Assembly (NCBI RefSeq): GCF_040278685.1
Contig: NZ_JBEOKT010000001.1
Span: 223,398 to 263,397 of the forward strand
Direction of reading: 5' to 3'
Length of the DNA: 40,000 bases
Source: Pontibacter populi
GTDB taxonomy: Bacteria; Bacteroidota; Bacteroidia; Cytophagales; Hymenobacteraceae
Of this stretch, positions 17,280-25,985 are shown in pieces. Every line of letters begins with the position of its first letter. Positions within the stretch are counted from its first letter, which is position 1. Both the position numbers and the translations under genes were made by a program. The notes beneath the pieces were generated by a model. The model did not search any database, was not told the origin of the DNA, and saw only the letters and a list, made by a program, of their open reading frames with translations.

Positions 17280-19958
17280 TTGCGACACATTTTGATTTTT
17301 TTGCTGCTCGTGCAGCTCGCCGTACTTTCTCCTCTGCTGGCGACAGGCCAGATCATGCCGCGTACGCTGCGTTCTGCAAATGCAAAACAAGATACGGTAA
17401 AGCAGGATTCTGTTAGACTGGCGGCACCGCAAGGCGACATCGAGACCACAATCAAATATTCGGCCAGAGATTCCATTCAACTGGAGGCTACCAGCAAAAT
17501 AGTTCACCTTTACGGCGAAGCCAAGATCAACTATGGCTCCATGACCTTAGAGGCAGCCTACATCAAGATCGATTACGAGACCAACACACTTACCGCTACT
17601 TCCCTACCCGACTCTGCTGGCAAAGACATTGGCGTTCCGGTTTTTGTAGATGGTGCCGAATCTTACTCTGCCAAACGAATAGCCTACAACTTTAAAACCA
17701 AGCGCGGCCGCATTGCTGAAGTAGTAACGCAACAAGGCGAAGGTTATATACACTCCGAGCTGGTAAAAAAGAACGAAGCCAACGAAATTTTCGGGTTACA
17801 TAATAAGTATACTACCTGTAACCTGGCGCACCCGCACTTTTACATCAGTGCCGGCAAAATAAAAGCCATCCCGAATGATAAGGTCATGTCGGGTCCGTTT
17901 AACCTGGTGATCGGTGATATTCCTACGCCGCTGGGCTTCCTGTTCGGTCTGTTTCCTACGCCAAAAAACAATCGCTCGTCGGGGGTTATAGTTCCAAGCT
18001 TCGGGGAAAACTCGTTGCGTGGCTTTTTCCTGATGAACGGCGGATACTATTTAGCTTTGAACGATTACATAGGCGCCAGCATTACCGGCGATGTATACTC
18101 GCTTGGCGGATATGATGTTCGCGTAAGCGCAGACTATAGAAAACGTTACTCTTATCAGGGCTCTTTCGGCATTGATCACACCTATTTTAAGCTCGACGAA
18201 GCAGACAGAGGCGGTGGACGTTCAACAAACGAGTTCCCTGGAATTTTACCTCCTTCAGAAAGAACGTACAGGATAAGATGGTCGCATAGCCCTGTAACAA
18301 AACCGGGTAAAGGCCGCCTTACAGCCAGTGTTGATGCAAGTACAGGCCAGCATAACCGTGTTGCCGGCTATAACTCCACCGCCGACAGGTTATCTGCTAC
18401 CTTTAACTCCAGTATCTCTTACCAGAAAAACATACAGAACTCGCCTTTCAGCTACTCTGTAAAGTTAAGACAAGGACAGACCTCGGGCGGACTGATGAAC
18501 TTTGTATTGCCGGACATAAGCTTTGGTATGACCTCGGTTAGCTTATATGAGTTTTTAACGAAGAATGTGCCTACAGGCCGCTGGTACGAAGACTTCACCT
18601 TTGGTTATAACTTTACGGCAAGCAACGATATATCGCAGCGGATAGAACCGGGCCGGGACAGGTTTGGTGCTACTAACAGGTTTGGAGATGTAGGCATTAT
18701 AGGTGCCAGTAATGAGGCTGATACAATAAGCCTTAATGATTTCGAGGCTTTATGGGAAAACGGTCGCCGGTCTGCTACGCACAACTTTAACATCGGTCTG
18801 GGCAGTTACAAACTATTTAAATACTTTAACTTATCGCCGAGTGTAAGCTACAGCGAAAGATGGGTTGACAGGAAATTCACCTACACTTATAACCCGGACT
18901 CTAATGCTGTAGATGTTGATACAACCAGATTTGGACGAGTTTACAACTATAGTGCAGGCGCATCCTTAAGTACCAATATTTATGGTACGGTTTACGTACG
19001 CGGCAAACGTGTGGAAGCGATCCGCCACATGATCAGGCCATCCTTATCTTATAGTTACCAGCCCGATTTCGGAGATCCGTACTTTGGATTTTATCAGAAC
19101 TTGTACCTGGGCGAAGATGTTAACGGCAGACCGATCTACCAGCAACTGAGCCGCTTCGAGTCTGGGGCACCGGGCACTGGTCTGCAAAGTTTCCTGAGTT
19201 TCGGTGTTCAGAACAACATCGAGATGAAGGTGAAAGCCAAGACAGATACTACCGGCAAAACCTTTGAGAAAGTAAGCCTTATAGATAACCTGGGCATACG
19301 TGGTGGTTATAACTTTGCGGCCGACTCCCTTAAAATGAGCCAGATCTCGTTAAACATGAACACCCGCCTGTTCAAGATCATAAACGTAGGTTTCACCTCC
19401 TCATTCAACCCTTACGAAACAGACTCGCTGGGCAGAAACATTGACAAATACCTGCTGAACGGACCAGGCTTCAAACCAGCCCGGCTTACCAATGCAGGCC
19501 TACAGATAAGCGCCAGTTTAAATCCGCAGGCCCGCCGCTCCGATACATCTGTCCCAAGCAACCTGCCTACCCTGGGCCAGGATACAAACCCGTTCGAGCC
19601 GCAATATGTAGACTTTAAAATTCCGTGGACGCTGAGCATTGACTATACTGTTAACTTCAGACGCGGCTTAGGCAGAGCTGAAAACACGATAAACAATACT
19701 TTGGGCGTAGATGGCGACCTAAACATTACCGACAAATGGAAGATCAGTTATTATGCCCATTATGACCTGGTAGAGCAGCAGATAGCAAGTGCCCGCCTTA
19801 ACATTCACCGGGATCTGCACTGCTGGGATATGAGCATCAGCTGGACACCGTTCGGGTATGTGAGAGGCTATAACATAACTATAAATGCCAGGTCGTCACT
19901 GCTGCGCGACCTGAAATTAACCAAGAGGTCATCCTCATCAGGCATAAACTACAGATAA
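17280..19958 (+). CDS. putative LPS-assembly outer-membrane protein (Bacteroidota LptD-like, OstA N-domain)
   Basis: 892 aa with a signal peptide, an OstA-like N-terminal region and a large beta-barrel-like body. The start is TTG, and no in-frame ATG would retain the signal peptide. Confidence 0.65.
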   Translation: MRHILIFLLLVQLAVLSPLLATGQIMPRTLRSANAKQDTVKQDSVRLAAPQGDIETTIKYSARDSIQLEATSKIVHLYGEAKINYGSMTLEAAYIKIDYETNTLTATSLPDSAGKDIGVPVFVDGAESYSAKRIAYNFKTKRGRIAEVVTQQGEGYIHSELVKKNEANEIFGLHNKYTTCNLAHPHFYISAGKIKAIPNDKVMSGPFNLVIGDIPTPLGFLFGLFPTPKNNRSSGVIVPSFGENSLRGFFLMNGGYYLALNDYIGASITGDVYSLGGYDVRVSADYRKRYSYQGSFGIDHTYFKLDEADRGGGRSTNEFPGILPPSERTYRIRWSHSPVTKPGKGRLTASVDASTGQHNRVAGYNSTADRLSATFNSSISYQKNIQNSPFSYSVKLRQGQTSGGLMNFVLPDISFGMTSVSLYEFLTKNVPTGRWYEDFTFGYNFTASNDISQRIEPGRDRFGATNRFGDVGIIGASNEADTISLNDFEALWENGRRSATHNFNIGLGSYKLFKYFNLSPSVSYSERWVDRKFTYTYNPDSNAVDVDTTRFGRVYNYSAGASLSTNIYGTVYVRGKRVEAIRHMIRPSLSYSYQPDFGDPYFGFYQNLYLGEDVNGRPIYQQLSRFESGAPGTGLQSFLSFGVQNNIEMKVKAKTDTTGKTFEKVSLIDNLGIRGGYNFAADSLKMSQISLNMNTRLFKIINVGFTSSFNPYETDSLGRNIDKYLLNGPGFKPARLTNAGLQISASLNPQARRSDTSVPSNLPTLGQDTNPFEPQYVDFKIPWTLSIDYTVNFRRGLGRAENTINNTLGVDGDLNITDKWKISYYAHYDLVEQQIASARLNIHRDLHCWDMSISWTPFGYVRGYNITINARSSLLRDLKLTKRSSSSGINYR

Positions 19959-19993
19959 ACAATAACAGCCACCTCTGCGTGGCTGTTATTGTT
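19958..19993 (+). terminator. terminator hairpin
   Basis: 13-bp perfect stem AACAATAACAGCC / GGCTGTTATTGTT beginning at the stop codon. Confidence 0.65.
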
Positions 19994-20032
19994 TCGGAAG
20001 TTTTATAGTTTTACAAAAAATTACGAAAGCAC

Positions 20033-20854
20033 ATGTCAGTTCAGAAAAAAACCGATGTAAAAGTGATCACCACGCACCAGTTGCAAAACATGAAGGAGCG
20101 CGGCGAAAAAATATCGATGCTTACCGCCTACGACTTTTCCATGGCTACTATTCTGGACGCGGCCGGAATCGATGTAATACTGGTGGGTGACTCGGCATCA
20201 AACGTTATGGCTGGCCACGAAACTACGCTACCTATTACCCTGGACCAGATGATCTATCATGCCCAGTCAGTGATAAGGGGTACAAAGCGTGCTTTTGTAG
20301 TGGTAGATATGCCATTTGGTTCTTACCAGGGCAATTCATCTGAAGCGCTTCGTTCAGCAATCCGAATCATGAAAGAGTCCGGGGCGCATGGCGTGAAACT
20401 GGAAGGCGGTGCTGAGATAAAAGAATCTATTACACGCATACTGAGTGCAGGCGTTCCGGTAATGGGGCACCTGGGCTTAACACCGCAGTCTATCTATAAA
20501 TTTGGCACTTACACTGTTCGCGCTAAAGCAGAAGCCGAAGCACAGAAACTGATAGAGGATGCACAGCTGCTCCAGGAGCTGGGTTGTTTTGCTATAGTTC
20601 TGGAAAAGATACCATCTGAGCTGGCAAAACGCGTTGCTGAATCGCTGGAAATCCCGATAATTGGTATTGGCGCCGGTCCGCACGTTGATGGCCAGGTGCT
20701 GGTAGTACACGATATGCTGGGTATTAACAAAGAATTTAAGCCCCGCTTTTTACGCCGCTACGCTGACCTGCACACCATTATGACAGATGCTGTGCAGAAC
20801 TACATAAAAGACGTAAAAGACCGCGATTTCCCGACCGAAAAAGAAGCATATTAG
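20033..20854 (+). CDS. panB: 3-methyl-2-oxobutanoate hydroxymethyltransferase
   Basis: Full-length PanB similarity (LTAYD, VGDSxxxVxxGH, KLEGG, GHxGLTPQ, GIGAG). Confidence 0.9.
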   Translation: MSVQKKTDVKVITTHQLQNMKERGEKISMLTAYDFSMATILDAAGIDVILVGDSASNVMAGHETTLPITLDQMIYHAQSVIRGTKRAFVVVDMPFGSYQGNSSEALRSAIRIMKESGAHGVKLEGGAEIKESITRILSAGVPVMGHLGLTPQSIYKFGTYTVRAKAEAEAQKLIEDAQLLQELGCFAIVLEKIPSELAKRVAESLEIPIIGIGAGPHVDGQVLVVHDMLGINKEFKPRFLRRYADLHTIMTDAVQNYIKDVKDRDFPTEKEAY

Positions 20855-20893
20855 AGTTTAGGAGTTTGAGAGCTTGGGAGTTAAAGATTTAGT
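20854..20893 (+). repeat. octad array AGTTNNNN x4-5, almost C-free
   Basis: AGTTTAGG AGTTTGAG AGCTTGGG AGTTAAAG ATTTAGTT. It starts on the last base of the panB stop and runs into the next ORF start. Confidence 0.55.
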
Positions 20894-21554
20894 TGTACTT
20901 TTTGAGGATAACCATGTGCTGGTAGTAAATAAACCGGCAGGCTTGTTGGTGCATGGCGATGAGACAGGCGACATTACGCTGGCTGACCTTGCAAAAGAGT
21001 ACATCAAAGAAAAGTATAACAAGCCCGGTAATGTGTTTATTGGTGTCGTGCACCGCCTCGACAGGCCGGTAAGTGGCGTAGTGCTGATGGCCAAAACATC
21101 GAAAGCACTGGCCCGACTGAACGAGCTTTTCAGGAGCAAGAAAACCCGCAAAATTTACTGGGCTATAGTTCTGAATAAACCGCAGCAGGAAAGCGGTACA
21201 CTGGTACACTGGCTTGTGAAAGACTCTTCTAAAAACGTAACAAAGGCTTTTTTTAAAGAGAATGCGGCAGGCCAGCGCTCGGAGCTAAACTACAAACTAC
21301 TTGGCGCACAACAAGGCAAATACCTTTTAGAAGTAAACCCGATCACCGGTCGCCCGCACCAGATTCGCGTTCAGCTTGCCTCGATGCGCTGCTCTATAGT
21401 TGGCGACCTGAAATATGGCGCTCCTCAGCCCCTTCCAGATAAAAGCATAGCGCTGCATGCCCGCCAACTACAATTTGAGCATCCTACCCTTAAAACAACT
21501 ATAACCGTTAGTGCCCCTTTGCCCGCCACAGCCGCCTGGAAACCGTTTATTTAA
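20874..21554 (+). CDS. RluA-family pseudouridine synthase
   Basis: VVNKPAGLLVH and HRLDRPVSGV catalytic motifs. The start is uncertain (TTG). Confidence 0.8.
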   Translation: MGVKDLVVLFEDNHVLVVNKPAGLLVHGDETGDITLADLAKEYIKEKYNKPGNVFIGVVHRLDRPVSGVVLMAKTSKALARLNELFRSKKTRKIYWAIVLNKPQQESGTLVHWLVKDSSKNVTKAFFKENAAGQRSELNYKLLGAQQGKYLLEVNPITGRPHQIRVQLASMRCSIVGDLKYGAPQPLPDKSIALHARQLQFEHPTLKTTITVSAPLPATAAWKPFI

Positions 21555-21660
21555 TGAATAGATATTAATGAGCAATGATTAATGAAATGACTGTAAAGTT
21601 CGGGTAATTCTCCCATAGTTTCCCGCATTAGTCATTAATCATTCCTCCATTATTCATTCG
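21551..21660. repeat. inverted pair of heptad arrays (AATGNNN / CATTNNN)
   Basis: AATG recurs at 21553, 21567, 21574, 21581 and 21586. CATT recurs at 21626, 21633, 21640, 21648 and 21655. The 12-bp perfect pairing AATGATTAATGA (21574-21585) / TCATTAATCATT (21632-21643) is flanked by the 8-bp outer pairing 21553-21560 / 21651-21658. Confidence 0.6.
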
Positions 21661-21709
21661 AAATGTTGATTCTCGTCACCTTTCTGAACTTTTATAGCAA
21701 CCAGGCTAT

Positions 21710-21737
21710 TTTGATTGTGAAACCTGTTGTAATTTTG
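21710..21737 (+). promoter_or_regulatory. candidate promoter (-33 TTTG, -7 TAATTTTG) for the desaturase gene
   Basis: TTTG at 21710-21713 and TAATTTTG at 21730-21737, 70 nt upstream of the ATG. Confidence 0.35.
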
Positions 21738-21806
21738 CGGCAGTTAGCTCAAACTATAGTTTATAATTACCCATTCAATTACATATAATTCAATCCATCT
21801 GCTTTA

Positions 21807-22553
21807 ATGGCTATCCTGATTTTCTTTTTAGTACACTGGTACTTATCACTTTTTGTACAGACGTTTTTCCTGCACCGCTATGCAGCACATAAGATGTTTA
21901 CCATGAACCCGTTCTGGGAGAAAGCATTTTACCTGCTGACATATATTGCACAGGGTTCTTCGTTTTTATCGCCACGTGCATACGCTATTTTGCACCGCAT
22001 GCACCACGCCTTCTCAGACACTGAGCGCGACCCGCATTCGCCGCATTTCTCTAACAATGCTTTCACGATGATGTGGAAGACCAAGAATATCTACAACGAT
22101 GTGCTGAACAATCGCGTGGAGGCAGAACGCCGTTTTGAAGGCGATTATCCGGTTTGGAATGCTATCGAGAAACTTGGTGATTCTTACTTCTCACGTATTG
22201 GCTGGGGTGTAGTATATGTGCTGTTCTACATTCAGTTTGCTGAGTTCTGGTGGATGTTCCTGCTGCTGCCGATTCACTTTCTGATGGGCCCGGTGCATGG
22301 CGCTATCGTAAACTGGAGCGGCCATAAATACGGTTATCAGAACTTCGATAACAACGACAAATCAAGAAACTCCCTTTTCTTCGACTTTTTAACCGGCGGC
22401 GAATTGTTTCAGAACAACCACCACAAACTGCCTAACCGCGTTAACTTCGGCGTAAAGTGGTGGGAAGTAGACCCAACCTGGCCGGTTATCTGGACATTGA
22501 ATAAGCTAAGCATTATAAAACTGAAGCCTGCCAAGGTAAAAGTAAAAGCATAA
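21807..22553 (+). CDS. acyl-CoA/fatty-acid desaturase
   Basis: Three histidine boxes (HRYAAH, HRMHH, NNHH) and a TM topology. Confidence 0.85.
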   Translation: MAILIFFLVHWYLSLFVQTFFLHRYAAHKMFTMNPFWEKAFYLLTYIAQGSSFLSPRAYAILHRMHHAFSDTERDPHSPHFSNNAFTMMWKTKNIYNDVLNNRVEAERRFEGDYPVWNAIEKLGDSYFSRIGWGVVYVLFYIQFAEFWWMFLLLPIHFLMGPVHGAIVNWSGHKYGYQNFDNNDKSRNSLFFDFLTGGELFQNNHHKLPNRVNFGVKWWEVDPTWPVIWTLNKLSIIKLKPAKVKVKA

Positions 22554-22559
22554 AGAAAA

Positions 22560-22587
22560 GCCCTTCGGAAACGGAGGGCTTTTTTTG
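22560..22587 (+). terminator. rho-independent terminator
   Basis: GCCCTTC / GGAGGGC stem with one G:U pair and a GGAAAC loop, followed by T7. Confidence 0.75.
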
Positions 22588-22647
22588 TTTGTCATATCCC
22601 CAGCCCTCTCCTAAAAACAGGAGAGGGAGTTTAAGTAAAACTATATT

Positions 22648-23352
22648 TTTATAGTTCACTTCAGCTGGCGCGAGTCTCCAGACTCGTGACTTACGATGGT
22701 GTTGAGTCTCCTGACTCAACTGTCCCTGCAGGGACAAGACCAGTAGTATCTGTGGCTATAGTTCTATAGTTACCGATATCCAACCACCCAAACCCTCAGA
22801 GCTATGCTCGCTACCTTCGAAATCTCTTCTCGGTAGTCTAAGGTGGGAATTTTTTGGCCTTTTACTTTGTCATCTCGAAGAGCGTGAGAGATCTGATACA
22901 GTTTGTCATCCCCCTTCGCCCCCTTCAAAGGGGGACTTTCTGCTGTTGTTATAGTTAGCTTTATAGTTCTATAGTTACAGCCTGTCACGCGGACAGGTCG
23001 CGACCTGTCCCTACGGAAATACAGCCACGATAAATCTCGAAGCGTGAAGTTTCAAATTATAGATAGAGGTTGCTATGCGAAACGTATCAGTCTTTGGGTT
23101 GAGCGCCTTTGATTTGTTGCGGTGGCGCAGCCAACCCGAGGCACGAGGGTAGCTTCAAATCAGCAGCGCGATGCCCAAAGACGGGGCCTCCCGGCCGTGA
23201 GGGCACCTAAGCTGGTTTGAAACGATAGGTAACTAAAGCTCCCAGCATTAGAAGCAACTATGGAAGTATAGCTTGTGTCAAGCAAGTACAGGCTCAAGCT
23301 ATAGAACTATAAGCTGCAATAGATTTCTCGCTCAAGCTCGAAATGACAATAG
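22648..23352 (+). repeat. ORF-less mosaic stem-loop element, copy A (~705 bp)
   Basis: Colinear with 26576-27252, roughly 75-85% identical in shared blocks by eye. It contains at least 6 hairpin cassettes separated by TATAGTT motifs. Confidence 0.8.
23049..23223 (+). ncRNA. candidate structured RNA core of element copy A (strand not established)
   Basis: Closing helix GTTTCAAA (23049-23056) / TTTGAAAC (23216-23223). Invariant 9-bp helix GTCTTTGGG (23090-23098) / CCCAAAGAC (23174-23182). The inner helices differ from copy B but remain complementary. Confidence 0.3.
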
Positions 23353-23432
23353 AAAAGAATCTACCTATTAAATCAACTATAAATCTGTAACTTATAAAAG
23401 CATGAACCACAAAAATGACACACTAACTATAG

Positions 23433-23463
23433 TTTGATATTACCTAAACAATACTTACCTTTG
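23433..23463 (+). promoter_or_regulatory. rpsP promoter (-33 TTTG, -7 TACCTTTG)
   Basis: TTTG at 23433-23436 and TACCTTTG at 23456-23463, with a 19-nt spacer, 53 nt upstream of the ATG. Confidence 0.55.
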
Positions 23464-23477
23464 CGGTTCTAAAAACT

Positions 23478-23494
23478 GGCGGACGGGTTCCGCC
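23478..23494 (+). promoter_or_regulatory. 5'-leader stem-loop of rpsP
   Basis: GGCGGA-CGGGT-TCCGCC hairpin just downstream of the predicted transcription start, followed by an A-rich leader. Confidence 0.3.
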
Positions 23495-23515
23495 GACGTT
23501 AAAAAATTATACAAA

Positions 23516-24070
23516 ATGGCTGTTAAAATCAGACTGGCCCGCAGAGGCCGCAAAAAAGCCGCTATCTACGATATCGTAGTAGCAGACGCTCGTTCGCCAC
23601 GTGATGGTAAGTTCATCGAGAAACTGGGTACTTACAACCCTAACACTAACCCTGCGTCTATCGACTTCTCTGACGAGAAGGCATTCCAGTGGTTGATGAA
23701 TGGAGCGCAACCAACTGACACTGTAAAAGCAATGCTTTCTTACAGAGGTATCCTTTTCAAAAAACACCTTCAGATTGGTGTAAACAAAGGTGCTATCACT
23801 CAGGAAACTGCTGATGCTCGTTTCGAAGAGTGGAAGAACGCGAAAGATGCGAAGATCGCAGGTAAAGTTGAAAGCCTGGGTTCTGCTAAAGAAGCTGCTA
23901 AGAAAGCTGCTCTTGAAGCTGAGACCAAGAAGAAAGAAGCTCGTGCAGAAGCTATCCGTCAGCGTGATGCTGATAAGGCTGCTGCTAACGCACCTGCTGC
24001 TGAAGAAGAAGCTACTGAAGCTCCAGAGGCATCTGCCGAAGGCGAAGCTACTACTGAAGAGCAAGCATAA
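23516..24070 (+). CDS. rpsP: 30S ribosomal protein S16 with long K/A/E-rich C-terminal extension
   Basis: [14 protein letters not shown]...YNP core. 184 aa against about 80-90 aa for a canonical S16. Confidence 0.9.
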   Translation: MAVKIRLARRGRKKAAIYDIVVADARSPRDGKFIEKLGTYNPNTNPASIDFSDEKAFQWLMNGAQPTDTVKAMLSYRGILFKKHLQIGVNKGAITQETADARFEEWKNAKDAKIAGKVESLGSAKEAAKKAALEAETKKKEARAEAIRQRDADKAAANAPAAEEEATEAPEASAEGEATTEEQA

Positions 24071-24081
24071 TTTAATTTGCC

Positions 24082-24663
24082 ATGAATATTGATGCTTGTT
24101 TTCAGCTTGGATACATCGTTAAGACGCATGGCATAAAGGGGCAGGTTGTCGCGTTTTTTGACGTGGACTTCCCCGAAGATTACGAAGATCTGGAATCAGT
24201 TTTCCTTGAACAACAGGGAAGACTGGTTCCATTTTTTATTGATGCCATGGAGCCCCAGCAAAAAGGCCGCTTCATTATTAAGTTCGAAGATATAGATACC
24301 ATAGAGCAGGCTGAGAAGCTTCGTAATACGGCTTTATACTTGCCGCTTAATGAATTACCCGAACTGGAAGAAGGCCAGTTTTACTTTCATGATGTAATAG
24401 GCTACAAAGTAGTAGATGCACAGCATGGCGAACTTGGCATCGTAAAAGACTTTTATGACATGCCGCAACAGCAGCTAATGGCCATGGAATACATGAACCA
24501 GGAAATGCTGATACCGGTGATGGATGAAACCATGCTACGCGCTGACCACGAAGGCAAAATACTACATGTAAGTCTGCCAGAAGGATTGCTCGAAGTATAT
24601 ACCCAACCTAGCCGCCCCGAAGATGCAGATGATGCAGACGAGGACACGGAAGAGGAGAAATAA
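24082..24663 (+). CDS. rimM: 16S rRNA processing protein RimM
   Basis: The G.I.K.HGIKG N-terminus, a PRC barrel region and synteny between rpsP and trmD. Confidence 0.85.
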   Translation: MNIDACFQLGYIVKTHGIKGQVVAFFDVDFPEDYEDLESVFLEQQGRLVPFFIDAMEPQQKGRFIIKFEDIDTIEQAEKLRNTALYLPLNELPELEEGQFYFHDVIGYKVVDAQHGELGIVKDFYDMPQQQLMAMEYMNQEMLIPVMDETMLRADHEGKILHVSLPEGLLEVYTQPSRPEDADDADEDTEEEK

Positions 24664-25340
24664 TGCGTATCGATATTATCAGCTGCCAGCCAGACCTGCT
24701 GGAAAGCCCCTTTAGTCATTCTATACTTAAACGCGCGCAGCAAAAAGGCCTTGTAGAGATACACGTGCACGACCTCCGCAAGTATGCCATCAATAAATAT
24801 GGCCAGATAGACGATTATGCTTTTGGTGGTGGCGCAGGCATGGTGATGATGATTGAGCCGATTGATAAGTGTATTTCTGAGTTACAGGCTGATCGCACCT
24901 ATGATGCCATTATTTACATGACACCGGACGGGCAGACCTTGAACCAGAATACAGTTAACCAGTTTTCGCTGCTGCAGAACATACTCATACTTTGCGGACA
25001 CTATAAAGGTGTAGATGAGCGCGTGCGCCAACGGTTTGTAACGCACGAGATCAGTATTGGCGATTACGTTTTGTCGGGTGGCGAATTAGGTGCAGCTGTT
25101 TTAACTGATGCCATTATCCGGATCTTGCCTGGTGTGCTGAACGATGAATCTTCGGCCTTAACGGACTCTTTCCAGGATGGCTTGCTGGCCCCACCGGTTT
25201 TTACCAGGCCCGCAGACTATAAAGGCATGAAAGTACCCGACATCCTTTTATCGGGGGATGGGCCTAAAATTGAACAGTGGCGCTTTGAGCAGGCCATTGA
25301 ACGAACAAGGCAACGCCGGCCAGACTTACTGAATGAGTAG
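24663..25340 (+). CDS. trmD: tRNA (guanine37-N1)-methyltransferase
   Basis: TrmD motifs ([35 protein letters not shown]). The TAATG overlap joins it to rimM. Confidence 0.9.
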   Translation: MRIDIISCQPDLLESPFSHSILKRAQQKGLVEIHVHDLRKYAINKYGQIDDYAFGGGAGMVMMIEPIDKCISELQADRTYDAIIYMTPDGQTLNQNTVNQFSLLQNILILCGHYKGVDERVRQRFVTHEISIGDYVLSGGELGAAVLTDAIIRILPGVLNDESSALTDSFQDGLLAPPVFTRPADYKGMKVPDILLSGDGPKIEQWRFEQAIERTRQRRPDLLNE

Positions 25341-25440
25341 AACTATAGTTCGAATCTGCAACAAAAGGGCCTGTTAACAGATTATAACACAACAAAAAAT
25401 ATTTTTCGGAGCAATTATTCTTATGTAAAAAATAATTACA

Positions 25441-25448
25441 TATCTTTG
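25441..25448 (+). promoter_or_regulatory. candidate -7 box (TATCTTTG) for rplS
   Basis: TAnnTTTG match 43 nt upstream of the ATG. Confidence 0.5.
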
Positions 25449-25490
25449 CAGTCCGAATTCAAGAAGATACTTTAGCTTTAGAACATAGCC

Positions 25491-25844
25491 ATGAGCGAAT
25501 TAATTAAATTTATCGAGCAGGAATACACTGACAAACGCGCTTCTTTCCCTGTTTTCCAGGCAGGTGATACTATCAATATCCACGTTAAAATCCGTGAAGG
25601 TAACAAAGAGCGTATCCAGCAGTTCCAGGGCGTTGTTATTCAGCGCAAGAACGTTAACACAAACGGCGAAACTTTTACTGTTAGAAAAATCTCTAACCAG
25701 ATTGGTCTAGAGCGTATCTTCCCACTTCTTTCTCCATCTATCGAGAAAATCGAGCTAGTTAGAAAAGGTAGAGTAAGAAGAGCAAGACTTTACTATCTGA
25801 GAGGCTTGTCAGGTAAGGCTGCAAGAATCAAGGAAAGAAGATAA
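25491..25844 (+). CDS. rplS: 50S ribosomal protein L19
   Basis: Conserved L19 sequence (F..GD.I.V..KI.EG.KER.Q.F.G). Confidence 0.9.
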   Translation: MSELIKFIEQEYTDKRASFPVFQAGDTINIHVKIREGNKERIQQFQGVVIQRKNVNTNGETFTVRKISNQIGLERIFPLLSPSIEKIELVRKGRVRRARLYYLRGLSGKAARIKERR

Positions 25845-25877
25845 TACCTGTTTTCACAAATTTTCCATAGTTAAAAA

Positions 25878-25906
25878 GGAGCTGTTCGAACAACAGCTCC
25901 TTTTTT
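25878..25906 (+). terminator. rho-independent terminator
   Basis: GGAGCTGTT / AACAGCTCC stem followed by T6. Confidence 0.8.
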
Positions 25907-25958
25907 ATTTATACCCGTTTCACAGTCCGGAACTTTAGCATCGTTCTAACCCGGTTTT

Positions 25959-25966
25959 TATATTTG
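25959..25966 (+). promoter_or_regulatory. candidate -7 box (TATATTTG)
   Basis: TAnnTTTG match 20 nt upstream of the ATG at 25986. Confidence 0.4.
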
Positions 25967-25985
25967 CACTACAAGACCCAAACCT

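Noticed and set aside
22513-22988. ORFs 22513..22737(-) and 22770..22988(-), and likewise 26466..26681(-), as possible small proteins encoded in the mosaic elements
   Set aside because: They lie entirely in hairpin-repeat DNA. Comparing the two element copies shows first- and second-codon-position changes and frame-breaking indels, so there is no coding constraint. The peptides are translations of palindromic cassettes.
22591-23352. CRISPR array, suggested by the many short palindromic repeats
   Set aside because: The hairpins are of several different sequences, irregularly spaced and without uniform repeat-spacer periodicity. No cas genes are present.
23507-24092. ORFs 23507..24064(-) and 23790..24092(+) overlapping rpsP
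   Set aside because: These are antisense or alternate-frame products of the low-complexity GCT/GAA/AAG-rich S16 tail. rpsP is clearly the real gene.
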